Of a stretch of DNA of 64,000 nucleotides, positions 52,130 through 64,000 are shown in pieces. A program made the position numbers and the translations under genes. The notes beneath the pieces are model-generated. The model was not told the DNA's origin, made no database searches, and saw nothing but the letters and a program-made list of their open reading frames with translations. The stretch spans positions 19,880 to 83,879 of the forward strand of contig RHPI01003156.1 of NCBI GenBank assembly GCA_009103225.1, written 5' to 3'. This DNA comes from Chlorokybus atmophyticus. Its lineage: Eukaryota > Plantae > Mesostigma and Chlorokybus algae. Position 1 is the first letter of the stretch. Each line of letters starts with the position of its first letter.

Positions 52130-55100
52130 ATGGAGTGGGGGGCGGTGGGCAACCGGGACAGCTGGGATGGTGAGACCAGCGCTGCCGCCGCCGCAGGCAC
52201 CGCGGGCACCGTCAGGATCCCTGTGTCTGCCGACCCCGCCGAGTCCGCTTGTGCAGCTGCCCTGCCACCGCATTACGCCCTTCCACTAGGTAACTGTGGC
52301 TCGTTGCTTGTGCAATATCTTGCTCCTCGGTTTCAACCTTTGCTAACGTGAGTACAAAATAGTAGAACTGTCTTTATGATGTGCTCGTGCGCTGGCACGC
52401 AAGTAGGTGCACGCAGTAGGTAGGTTCGTCTTCATAATCTAAGAAGTTAACAATCTACAGCAATGCTAGGGTTTTTGACTTACGTAAGCGCATAGTGCGT
52501 TTGGATTACAGTGTGCAGACACAGCACCATTAACAATGCCACCTCAACAGTGCTGTAATAGTGCACCTGACGTGCATTGCCGTGGCATGTACAACAAACA
52601 ATCCGCAATGCTGCTTTGTGGGTGTCGCCTGAGGCAAAGATTGGCTTCCACCACACATGCAGTCATATCACAAACAGCATGTCACCGCAGCAGTGCTGTG
52701 GCTGTCATATTGCACCTGACGTGCATGGTCGTGGCATACACGACACAATCTGAAGTGCTGCGCTGTCGATGGCGCCTGAAGCAGAAATCAGCTTCCAGCT
52801 CACAGACACTTTGCAGGCCTAGGCCTTGCTCAATGTAACTGACAGTCACCTGCGTGTGGCCTTTGAGTAACGTTTGCATGCATAGCGGTTTGGCAGGCTA
52901 CCTTCTCTACGTGAACGTTTCTGCTTGCATCGTATGTGCAAAACAGCGCCCTATGCCATGCTTGCAGTATTGACAGCATGTTTGTCTGGCAGTGACATGT
53001 CATTTTGTGCTGGTCGGTCAAGCATGTATTTCTAGCACCGCTAAAGTGCACCAACTCACAGCGTCATGTATCGTACACTCAGAAGAAGTGCAAGAGCGAC
53101 TAGAAGACAATGCTGGAGGCACGGGATCAGCAGCTGGAACACGTCCCTTGGAAGATCAAGACATGTCTGGAGGAGCTTCGTATGGTGGAGGCACGCCTAC
53201 TTCGTCCAATGCACTGCCTGTGAGTGTTCCCTCGCCCATACGTGCTAGGAGCAAACCAGAGAGTGTCGCGGCCACCGCTGCAGACAACAATATGACCGCT
53301 GCTGACAACGCTGAAGCTGATGTCCAAAGTGCTCCCAAGGTTTGAACACTCCTTGGCGCTGTTTGCGCTGTCATGCCAGTTGCTGGCTTGCTTGGCTCTG
53401 TCCTGAGGTGACGTCAATATTCCCTGTGCACTACACAAACGTGCATTCTGAAAATGGTGCACTGAGGTACCCTCATGTATGTCTTTTTATGACAATGGCG
53501 GGTGTCTGCTTTAGTCTTTTCATCTATCCGGCCTGGGCGCAGACTGCATGCTTGTTGCTCAATGCCAAGTCAGCTGGGTGCTTACCGTTTAGTTGCACAG
53601 CGACACTGACATGCAATTACCATTCCCGTTGCCTCGTCCATTGGTATTAAGCTGAACAGGCATTGCCTGACTACTCGCAACTCTGCACTGACTGATCGTT
53701 GCTGGTGTAGGCACACACAGTAACTCCAGATGATGTGGAGGACGACACGCAAGCTGAAATAGTGGGCCCGGCCATACCTCGCCTTGCAGGCAAGCTGAGG
53801 GTGCTGATTGTCTGCACAAACATATGCGCTTCTTGGTGTCCTCCTTCACGGCGTTTCTGGTGCAGCCGTGACAGGAGCTACACGCATACCCTTATCCATG
53901 GACACAGTTGAGGGTCAGGATGCAGAAGACCAGGAGGGCAGCAGGTGTGCTGTGATTAACAATGTCAGTGCTGGAACAGCTAGTAAAAGCAATAGCGGTG
54001 GTGGCGTGGAGTCACAGGTCAGTCTTGTTGCGGCTGTTGTCAAAACATGTCGGCATGCACATGTCAACACGATGGCAATGTCATACTCAGGGGAGTGGCA
54101 GTCCAATTGCTCGTGACAGCCCAACCACCAGTGTGAATGCAACATCCAATTCCAAGGAAGTGTTCACAGGTACGATGCTGTTATCGATAATCTTGACCAG
54201 CGCTGATGTAATGATTCCATATCCAGCGTGCTGATTGAATGCTTGATGTTGCAGATCATGACTCCATGGTCGCAGCGACGGATTCAGTTGCTGCTACCAC
54301 AACAATAGCTCCTGTTGCACCTGTACCACCTTCTGTGAGTCCTTCTGGGGGTTCCAATCAGGCACCTGTTGCCAGTCCCAATGTTCCAGGCGAGGGAGGG
54401 AGTGGTCCAGACCAGGATGCACCGTCCTTAGTCGGTGAAAGCTTACCAACCGTCCCGACAGTGAGTGAACCGGCTTCGGAATCTGCACAGAACAGAAGCG
54501 CAGGGCCAGTAGCTGATAGAGCCGCAGGGGAGAGGAAGTTGTCTCCGTCCCCTGTGCTTGCACCGGTATATCCTCCCACAGATGGGCCAATAAACCTGCA
54601 ACTCCCATTGAAGAGGTCGGATCAATTGGAACGAGCTCGCGCCAGGGTAGTTGCAGACAAGTTTGACATAGAAGCTTGGGTGTTCGTTTTGCAAGAGGCT
54701 ACAGGGTGGCGGATTGATGATGCACGCCCTGTGTATGAGCAACTATTTCTTGTGTTTCCTACCGCTGGGAGGTATTGGAAGCAGTATGTTGAGGCGGAGA
54801 TGGCTGCGAACAACCGAGAAGTTGTCAAGACGATCTTCAGCAGGTGTCTCCTTGTTTGCCCCTACCTTGAGCTCTGGAGGGCATACCTTCGCTTTGTCCG
54901 GCAGGTAGCACTCACATGGTTGATTGTGACTATGCTTCCTACTTGTCCACCACTAGAAAAAGCAAGGCTATGTACAGGCCACAGATGACACTGCAGAAAT
55001 ACGGAGGACATATGAATTCACCTTGGACCATATTGGAGTGGACGTTGCCTCTCTTGTAGTATGGTCAGAGTACATATCTTTTCTGAAAGGTGTCAAGGTG

Positions 55101-58100
55101 CGGCCAGTTGCACATGTTGAAATGCCTGTCTTTGTTGTATCAGCAACCTGGAGTTGAGCAGGTGACGACACCGGCGGAGGAGTCCAGCAGGATGACATCG
55201 ATAAGGCGAGTGTATCAACGAGCTGTGGTCCTACCTATCCAGGGTGTGGAGGCCATTTGGAAAGAGTGGGAAGCATATGAGAGCAGTCTCAATAAAGCCC
55301 TAGCCAAAGGCCTACTCAACGAGTACCAGCCCAGACATCAAGCTGCCAAGGCTGTACTCAGGGAACGCAGGAAATTATATGACTCTGTACAACTCACCAC
55401 GCTCGCTGCCCCGCCTCGTGGTACTCCCAAGGTCTGCCCTGGGCACTGGCGTCTTATTGCGTTCGTTGAACAGAGTTTGGGCAGGCGGCAACCTTGACTG
55501 CAACTGCCACTTGCATGAAAGTTAGTTGAACCATGGGGGTGTGCAGGAAGAGCAGCAGAGGCAAGCTTGGCACTCCCTTTTGACGTATGAAAGCAGTAAC
55601 CCCCAGCGTTTGGAGCCTTCTGCGTTAGTGCAGGTACCCATTCCTACTGGAGTTGTGCGGTGCCCTGATGACTGTGCTGACCTCATGTTATTGGTGCTCA
55701 TGCAGAGAGTTGCTTTTGCATACGATCAGTGTTTGATGGTGTTCTACCATCATCCCGATGTCTGGCACGACTACGCTACATTTCATGCTCTGGACGAGCG
55801 CTATGAGGAGGCTTCTGTTGTCTTTAAAAGAGCCATTACGGCCCTACCCACATGTGAGGTCCTTTACTATGACCTTGCAGACTTGGAGGAGAGTAGAGGC
55901 AACAAGCAGGTTAGGCTCTGGCTGTTCACCTCCTGCCCCAGGTTGTGGTGAGATTGCTCAGAGCGCTGGTTTGCAGGCAGCGCGCGCTGTGTATGAAGGC
56001 ATGCTGCAGAGCAACCCATCACCTCTTGTATATATTCAGGTGCAGAATGTGCATGCGATACTGATGTCAGCTGAGTTGTGCTGCCTTTGCTCCAGCAACG
56101 CTCTGCACTCTGTTTTTGCCATGCGGCACACACTGTGCCTACCTGACTAGCTGTCTTGTGTTGCAGTGGATGCGTTTTCTACGACGTGCTGAAGGCGTAG
56201 AAAGCGCACGCAAGGCATTCATTACTGGCCGCAAGTCACCACATTGCAGCTGGCATTTTTATCTGGCATCCGCTCAGATGGAGTTGACACAAGACAAAGA
56301 CCCCAAGGTCTGCAATGCATGTTGTGCAACCGCAAAAGCCTCTGACACTGCTACTAACTTATCAAATTATAACAACCGCTCTCCATGTGCGCATTGTTTC
56401 CCTCTGTTTTTCTCTACTCTAGAACAGTGTAAAATCGTTCAGGTCCATTATGCTTGCTGTGAACTAATGTTGTTTAATGGACAGTTTGTTCCTATGGCAG
56501 GTGGCAAGAAATATTTTGGAGTTGGGTTTAAAAAAGTACATAAAAGAGCCGGAGTACGTTTTACATTATGTAGAGTTCCTGGTCAACCTGAATGATGACA
56601 CCAATGCACGTGTCTTGTTTGAGCGCGCGCTCAGTGCGATTGCGATGCCGGCTGCCAGACAATTATGGGATCGCTATCTGGCGTATGAGCAAGAACGTGG
56701 TGACCTGTCCACCATCAAACAGGCAAGGCTTTTGACAGTACTCGATGACCTTACATGGTGTTGACAAGTTAGTTCTACAATACTTGTGTGCATGTTGCAG
56801 GTGCAACGCAGGCGTCGTGAAGCGTACAGGGAAGCAGATCCATTCTTAAGTAGTGACAGCCTGGCGTACACGGCTAGGGCGCATAGGTTCCTAGACTTGT
56901 GGCCGTGCCCCCCTGCAGACTTGTATCACTTGGCCCGGCGAGATCCGCAGGCCGGCATTCCCCTCACATCCAGCAAGCCCGCGTCTCAGCCAATCGAGCC
57001 AGTTGGGTCCACCAATGGCTTTGCCGAACAGCCCAGAGCTGCACTTCCTCACACACATCCTGTACAGCAGATGTTAGGTACTGCGCATGCATGGACCACA
57101 TATGTCGCTTTCATGTCTTATCTGTCCAGCCCCATAGAGCCAAGCAGTTGCTGTTTACAAGAAGTTGGTTTTGTGAGTGTAGGTGTCATTGCCAGTATTT
57201 TCACTTGCTTTGTACCTCAGGTGCACCGCAAGCTAGGCCACAGTCAGTGACTCCGCCGCTCCCACCCTATCCACCACCTCCCTCAGTCATTCATGGTGTA
57301 GCACAGCTAGGTGAGGGCCTTGTCCTTACTTCAAGCAGTCCCTGACTATGATGGCACAATTCCCCAACACTGTAGCCATCAGCCAGCGCAGCAATGGTGA
57401 TAGTCAATTACAGTACACAGCAGGGCACTGGATCTTATCAGCTGAGTATGATCGCAGGTGTAAGGCCAGTAATGCACATACTCCCCCAGCAGCCCCCTCT
57501 GCCATTCGCTGTTGCAAACTTTCTTAGGCGTTTGCCGCCTGCGACATCCATGCTAGGTGAGTGAGCCTGTCAATAAACAAATCTGCTTGCACTTGCGCTG
57601 GCGTATTGTGCTCTGCAGACCACAGTGGCAGGCAGCATATGCATGCATGTGCATTGAGGTTCTGGCATTTTGCGTTGCTCGCTACTGCATGGGACGTCAC
57701 TGAGACATGATGCTGTACAGGAGTCATCCCAGATGTAGACATTGTGATGAACATCCTTCAGCAAGCAGATTTGTCACAACTGCAAGAGCCATCTGTTAAA
57801 GGTATAGTGCAGCGATGCGATGCGTTTTCAGGTTGCTTGACAAGTTGCGGTCATGGCAAAGCGCTTGCGGTTGTGCAACAGGTGAACCTACCCACTTCTC
57901 AACGATCCCTTCACCAAATCATGGGAAGCGAAAGGCACCGGACACCGCACGTAAGATGATGCCTGTGCATTGCGCAACAACGATGGAAGTGATGCACCCC
58001 ATGTCAAACTTGACATTGTGCTGCCAAACAGCAACTGGCCGTTGACGTTGAGACTGCATTCTGCAGGTCTACAGGACACCGAGGTGCCCACTGCACCGCG

Positions 58101-58167
58101 CAGGCCTGTTGCTGATATATTTCGATTACGACAGCAACAGAAAAAGCAGGGCATGGGGACGTTCTGA
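52130..58167 (+). CDS. CSTF3: Cleavage stimulation factor 77 kDa subunit (Suf/HAT repeats), apparently with a long N-terminal extension
   Basis: FPTAGRYWKQYVEAEM, IFSRCLL..LELWRAYLRF, VWSEYISFLK, RRVYQRAVVLP, WLTYESSNPQRL, HPDVWHDYA, WMRFLRRAEG..ARKAF, VARNILELGLK, NARVLFERAL, C-terminal DIFRLRQQ. Confidence 0.93.
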
Positions 58168-61100
58168 CTACTTGTATTATGTCATTGCTGTGTAATGCGC
58201 AATGCCGCATGTTATCACTTGCTTGGGTTAGTGCAGAGACTGCCTTGGTTGTGGCAAGCAGCCAATTGAGTGTTGGCTACTTTCGGCTGGCATCCTGCTT
58301 GTAGTTTGACAGTGTCCACTTGCAAGCAGCTTTTATGTTTTGCTTGTTGGAAGCGTGTGGACATGCGGACAAGGACAAAATGCAGCTGAAATCGTGTATG
58401 TCCTTGCATGGAGACTCGTGTGGATGCACCCTTATTTGCTTGGCAGAGCTGGTCACACTGCTGCAATGGTTGAGACATTAACAACTATCATGGTCGTTGC
58501 TGGTAAGAGAGGCATTCTCCGACATGCAGGGGCATAACGCAAAATACTGGTTGCCACTACGCCGCGTATGCGCATGCACGCACGCACACACAAGTGTTGC
58601 CCTGTTTCTACTTTTGCAGCGCCGCACTTGATAATGTTTGCTAGTTGTACATTTTGGCAGAGATGGATTATGGTGTTTTCGTGTGATGGTGGCTGTTAAT
58701 AGCCCGAAAGCGATATTGAGGAATCTGTGTTCTTTATTTGGCTATGTTGCAATGTGTGCAATTAACTTGTAGCTGCTCGGTATGAAGTTGGTTGCGTTGG
58801 ACAGACTTTACAGTCGACAAATGCTTGTGATAATGACATTCGGCTTGATGAGTGTAATGCCAAGCTTTCAAGACGACAAGTGGTTGGCTTTGCATGCGTT
58901 GATCGTTGTTGGCGATTGCATAGTACAACGTTATCATATGTCACTTAATGTTTTGCTTACAAGCACAGTGTGCAACTCGCATTAGTGGTCGACATAAGTA
59001 ATGCAGTACGTGTGCACACCCATGATCTTCAGGTGGGGGGCTTCGTGCTTGTAATTGCAAGCACCATTGTCAATAGCCTAACAAGCAAGCTATTGACAAC
59101 GGTTGTTCATTGGGACGTGCATGGGTCACGCGCATAATATGTATCCTCTTGTCGATAAAGATTGCGAGAATCTCGATCATGTATATGGTATGAGAGATAT
59201 GCAAGCCGTAACTCGCAGCAAGCCACAAGCATCGACACATGCATAGGGTTTACATCATAGTCAATGACGTGAACACACGCATGCTCAGTGCGCAGACACA
59301 CGCACCAAAGACTAGGCACAACAAGCAAGCCAACAATTACCCTCGGAGCCTTTTACCCGTTCTACACCACACCAAGTGCATTATGTGCTATGCAAGTGTG
59401 ATGCAGCAGCGAGAGGCAGTAGCAGAAGCTACCAGCGGCTTAACCAACCTGTGAATCACATGCATGCGAACAAGAAACAAGGCATTTCAACACTACAATT
59501 TAACCGGGGGGAAATAGCTTACACACACGCACACACACTATTCTTATCACCCACTAAGCTATGAGTAATGCAAGCGCGTGCAGTAGTGTCGGATGGGATG
59601 AGTGGGCAAGTGTTCAATGCAGCAGAAGTAGTAAGGGGACAACCTACAGAAGGAGAGGGGCGTGAGTCCAACTGGTAGGGATAGCATGTGGGAGTGATGT
59701 GCCTGTTGTGCGTGTTGTGCTGTGTGCGTGCTGAACCCCGCCGCCCTCAGCTGCCCCCCGCCGCCACCAGCCACTGCCGCAACACACGACGATACGACGC
59801 CGCGCATCCGATTGCTGTCTGTTGGAGATTAGAGGTAGCAATGTTGACCAACCACAGGCTGTGCATTCATGTGACATGTGAGTTGATTGCAAGCATGTGA
59901 CTTGACTTTATATGTGCGGCCACAAAGTGCTCCCCGCACTTCATGTTCACCAATTTACCTAGACTACATATGTATCGCTGATGATGCTGTCCCATTGTAC
60001 ATGTTATCGTCATACGCCATTGCTCAGTCCCCTGCACACTAGCCAAATTAAGTACAAACCCGAGCATCCGTACCAATGCTTATTGGCAAATGATTGCTGC
60101 ATCCCGGCTGGCAGGTTGTATACTCCAAACAAATGTATTTATGTTAAAACCGTTTTGCTCACGAATACATTTGCACTTTCGCGTGAAGCGCGCCATGCAC
60201 GCGAACGATGTGTGCGTAATAAACAGGGCCAACCTTTGTCATCCACTTCATCATAAGCTGCAATACATGACCTAACTAACATGCGACCATTGCCTTACTT
60301 GATATCGGATTATATATAGGCCAGATGCATCACAATAGCAAGTTAACATAGGCAAGCAACAAAATCAAGCACACGCTTAGCAATGACTTTATTTTATTTT
60401 TGTCTCTGCCAGAATTGCTTTTAACATAAGGGCCTTCCAGCGGCCTAGCGCATGGTTGAAGGGTGCCATCGCTAACCACTCCTTGGGTTTGTGCATACAT
60501 GACCATTGTTGCCATGCTCTATTACCGTGCATTTATGCAGGACGCGAGTTAAAAACCCCTATCTTTGGTGCTGTTGGTATTGTGCTTTGAAAAACGTTGT
60601 GCGTGCGTGCGAATGCATGCTCGCGCGTATATAAGAATGTACATGCATGTGTGCATATGCACGTACATGTGCGCGCATGCATGTGCGTGCGCGCACATGT
60701 ACGCGTGTACGTGTGACTGCTGGTGCGCGTATGCATCAAGCATCTGCAATGCATTGTGCGTTTCTATGACTGGCCCCAACGTGACTTTAGATCTGGGTTC
60801 ACGACGTGTATTCCAAAATTTCATATTCAGGTTCATTACAATGCCAGTTACAATATTGTTAACAATACATACCATATAAAGACCCACTTTACAGCCGCAT
60901 TGCCCATATTACATCGCAACTAAGTGAAATGCACAGCAAGGCAACCACTCAACAGTAGATATACCAAGAAGATCAGCTTTTTTAAGAGCTGACATGCACG
61001 GCAGTGCTACAAAACCTACAGCGCAAGCGCACGCACAAACACATGCAGATATCCCCACGCCTCCACACGTAATGGTGGTTACACTGGTGTTCGCTGCTTG

Positions 61101-61247
61101 AGTTGCTTTCATGCACGTATGTCAGCACCGATGGTATGTGTCATTGCACCAAGGTCTCATATGTGGCTTAAAAAGAAATTTGCCCCCTCATAGCTTCGTA
61201 GAGCTTGTAGTAACGTGTAGGCGAAAATGCACTACTGCTGTTGCTGG

Positions 61248-64000
61248 TAGTTGTCGGGTCGAGGGGAGTCGAGGGTCACGCTGTCTCGGACAGCTGCATG
61301 GACAGCCATGCTGTGCTGGACATGGTGTGCTGCTGCTGGGTAGTACGGGCAGGTGGAGTCGGTGTTCTCCCTAGTGTACATGCTGTGCTGTAGCACACAA
61401 AGTCAACAAGCCACTACTATAGGTAGTGCTGTTTACACAGTTCTTTGCATGAGTGGAAGAGAAATTACACTGTTAAGTGAGGTGAATGAGCAAGCAACAC
61501 GTGGATGCTATGCCTTGACTGATGCCAACAAGCATACCGCGACCAAGTACACAAAGCTCACAGCAAGGACAAGCACAGTGCACAAGAACATGCACAGGCT
61601 CTCACACGGTGAGGGGATTCTTGGAGACCGGGACGGTGTGTTTCGTAGTTCAAGTCGCTTCACAAGCTCTTAGCTTTCTCACTTACAGTGTCACCAGCTG
61701 ATCCGGTGAACACTGTGCCTACCTATACAAGTCAACTCATGACTGTCCAGAACATAAGCTAACGGTCATATCGAGGCTATTTCCACAGGAAATCCCCACT
61801 CGATATAAAACCCGACTCATAACTGAACTCACAACTAAACAGCTACGCGCGGTGCTTATGTAGGCTATGGTCATGAGCTACTCTAGAGACATGACCTAGC
61901 TACTGGTTAGAGACGCGCGCGGGTTGTCATGCTGGTAAGCCGGGCGAGGGTCTCGCTGTAGGCATGCCCGATGACGACTGGCATGCTTGGGCGATAGGCA
62001 TGACAGCTGTCGGGTCAAGGGGAGTCGAGGGTCACGCTCTCTCGGACAGCAACATGGACAGCCATGCTGTGCTGGACATGCTGCTGCGCCACCTGTGTAA
62101 CGCGAAGCAAAAACAGAAAGAGATGACCTCAACCCTCATGGTGACAAGTGCTTCGTGCAGCTGGTGTGCTGCTGCTGGGTAGTACGGGCAGGTGGAGTCG
62201 GTGTTCTCCCTAGTGTACATGCTGTGCTGTAGCACACAAAGTCAACAAGCCACTACTATAGGTAGTGCTGTTTACACAGTTCTTTGCATGAGTGGAAGAG
62301 AAATTACACTGTTAAGTGAGGTGAATGAGCAAGCAACACGTGGATGCTATGCCTTGACTGATGCCAACAAGCATACCGCGACCAAGTACACAAAGCTCAC
62401 AGCAAGGACAAGCACAGTGCACAAGAACATGCACAGGCTCTCACACGGTGAGGGGATTCTTGGAGACCGGGACGGTGTGTTTCGTAGTTCAAGTCGCTTC
62501 ACAAGCTCTTAGCTTTCTCACTTACAGTGTCACCAGCTGATCCGGTGAACACTGTGCCTACCTATACAAGTCAACTCATGACTGTCCAGAACATAAGCTA
62601 ACGGTCATATCGAGGCTATTTCCACAGGAAATCCCCACTCGATATAAAACCCGACTCATAACTGAACTCACAACTAAACAGCTACGCGCGGTGCTTATGT
62701 AGGCTATGGTCATGAGCTACTCTAGAGACATGACCTAGCTACTGGTTAGAGACGCGCGCGGGTTGTCATGCTGGTAAGCCGGGCGAGGGTCTCGCTGTAG
62801 GCATGCCCGATGACGACTGGCATGCTTGGGCGATAGGCATGACAGCTGTCGGGTCAAGGGGAGTCGAGGGTCACGCTCTCTCGGACAGCAACATGGACAG
62901 CCATGCTGTGCTGGACATGCTGCTGCGCCACCTGTGTAACGCGAAGCAAAAACAGAAAGAGATGACCTCAACCCTCATGGTGACAAGTGCTTCGTGCAGC
63001 TGGTGTGCTGCTGCTGGGTAGTACGGGCAGGTGGAGTCGGTGTTCTCCCTAGTGTACATGCTGTGCTGTAGCACACAAAGTCAACAAGCCACTACTATAG
63101 GTAGTGCTGTTTACACAGTTCTTTGCATGAGTGGAAGAGAAATTACACTGTTAAGTGAGGTGAATGAGCAAGCAACACGTGGATGCTATGCCTTGACTGA
63201 TGCCAACAAGCATACCGCGACCAAGTACACAAAGCTCACAGCAAGGACAAGCACAGTGCACAAGAACATGCACAGGCTCTCACACGGTGAGGGGATTCTT
63301 GGAGACCGGGACGGTGTGTTTCGTAGTTCAAGTCGCTTCACAAGCTCTTAGCTTTCTCACTTACAGTGTCACCAGCTGATCCGGTGAACACTGTGCCTAC
63401 CTATACAAGTCAACTCATGACTGTCCAGAACATAAGCTAACGGTCATATCGAGGCTATTTCCACAGGAAATCCCCACTCGATATAAAACCCGACTCATAA
63501 CTGAACTCACAACTAAACAGCTACGCGCGGTGCTTATGTAGGCTATGGTCATGAGCTACTCTAGAGACATGACCTAGCTACTGGTTAGAGACGCGCGCGG
63601 GTTGTCATGCTGGTAAGCCGGGCGAGGGTCTCGCTGTAGGCATGCCCGATGACGACTGGCATGCTTGGGCGATAGGCATGACAGCTGTCGGGTCAAGGGG
63701 AGTCGAGGGTCACGCTCTCTCGGACAGCAACATGGACAGCCATGCTGTGCTGGACATGCTGCTGCGCCACCTGTGTAACGCGAAGCAAAAACAGAAAGAG
63801 ATGACCTCAACCCTCATGGTGACAAGTGCTTCGTGCAGCTGGTGTGCTGCTGCTGGGTAGTACGGGCAGGTGGAGTCGGTGTTCTCCCTAGTGTACATGC
63901 TGTGCTGTAGCACACAAAGTCAACAAGCCACTACTATAGGTAGTGCTGTTTACACAGTTCTTTGCATGAGTGGAAGAGAAATTACACTGTTAAGTGAGGT
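61248..64000. repeat. Tandem array of an 839-bp unit (three full units plus partial copies, truncated by window end)
   Basis: Identical ORFs recur at 61353/62192/63031, 61896/62735/63574 and 61964/62803/63642; a diverged partial copy lies at 61248-61352. Confidence 0.97.

Noticed and set aside
61248-64000. CRISPR array, 5S rDNA or snRNA repeat
   Set aside because: The context is eukaryotic, the units are identical with no variable spacers, and there are no 5S, U-snRNA or tRNA signatures.

Overview
Gene-dense, intron-rich eukaryotic nuclear DNA of the green lineage. It is most likely a non-embryophyte green or streptophyte alga (inference from plant-type PP2C, ABCD and 7SL sequences, a GNRA helix-8 loop in the SRP RNA, and short introns full of CA/TG/CGCA repeats). 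The standard genetic code fits all recognisable exons. I reconstructed about 12 spliced protein genes by eye. In order: a 4-TM/2xUIM/RING-HC protein (-), an ABCD half-transporter (+), a two-lobed retropepsin-like aspartyl protease (-), a secreted beta-helix-like protein (+), a DHX33-like DEAH helicase (-), a WD40 protein (+), PrimPol (+), a PLAC8 protein (-), POLD4 (+), PP2C (+), a hypothetical gene (-) and CstF-77 (+). There is also an SRP (7SL) RNA gene head-to-head with the protease. Non-genic features are AT-rich TE-like islands, several perfect hairpins, a 224-bp tandem duplication that may create a 36-nt exon, three assembly gaps, and an 839-bp tandem array running off the right end. Exon boundaries were inferred manually, so gene spans are approximate.
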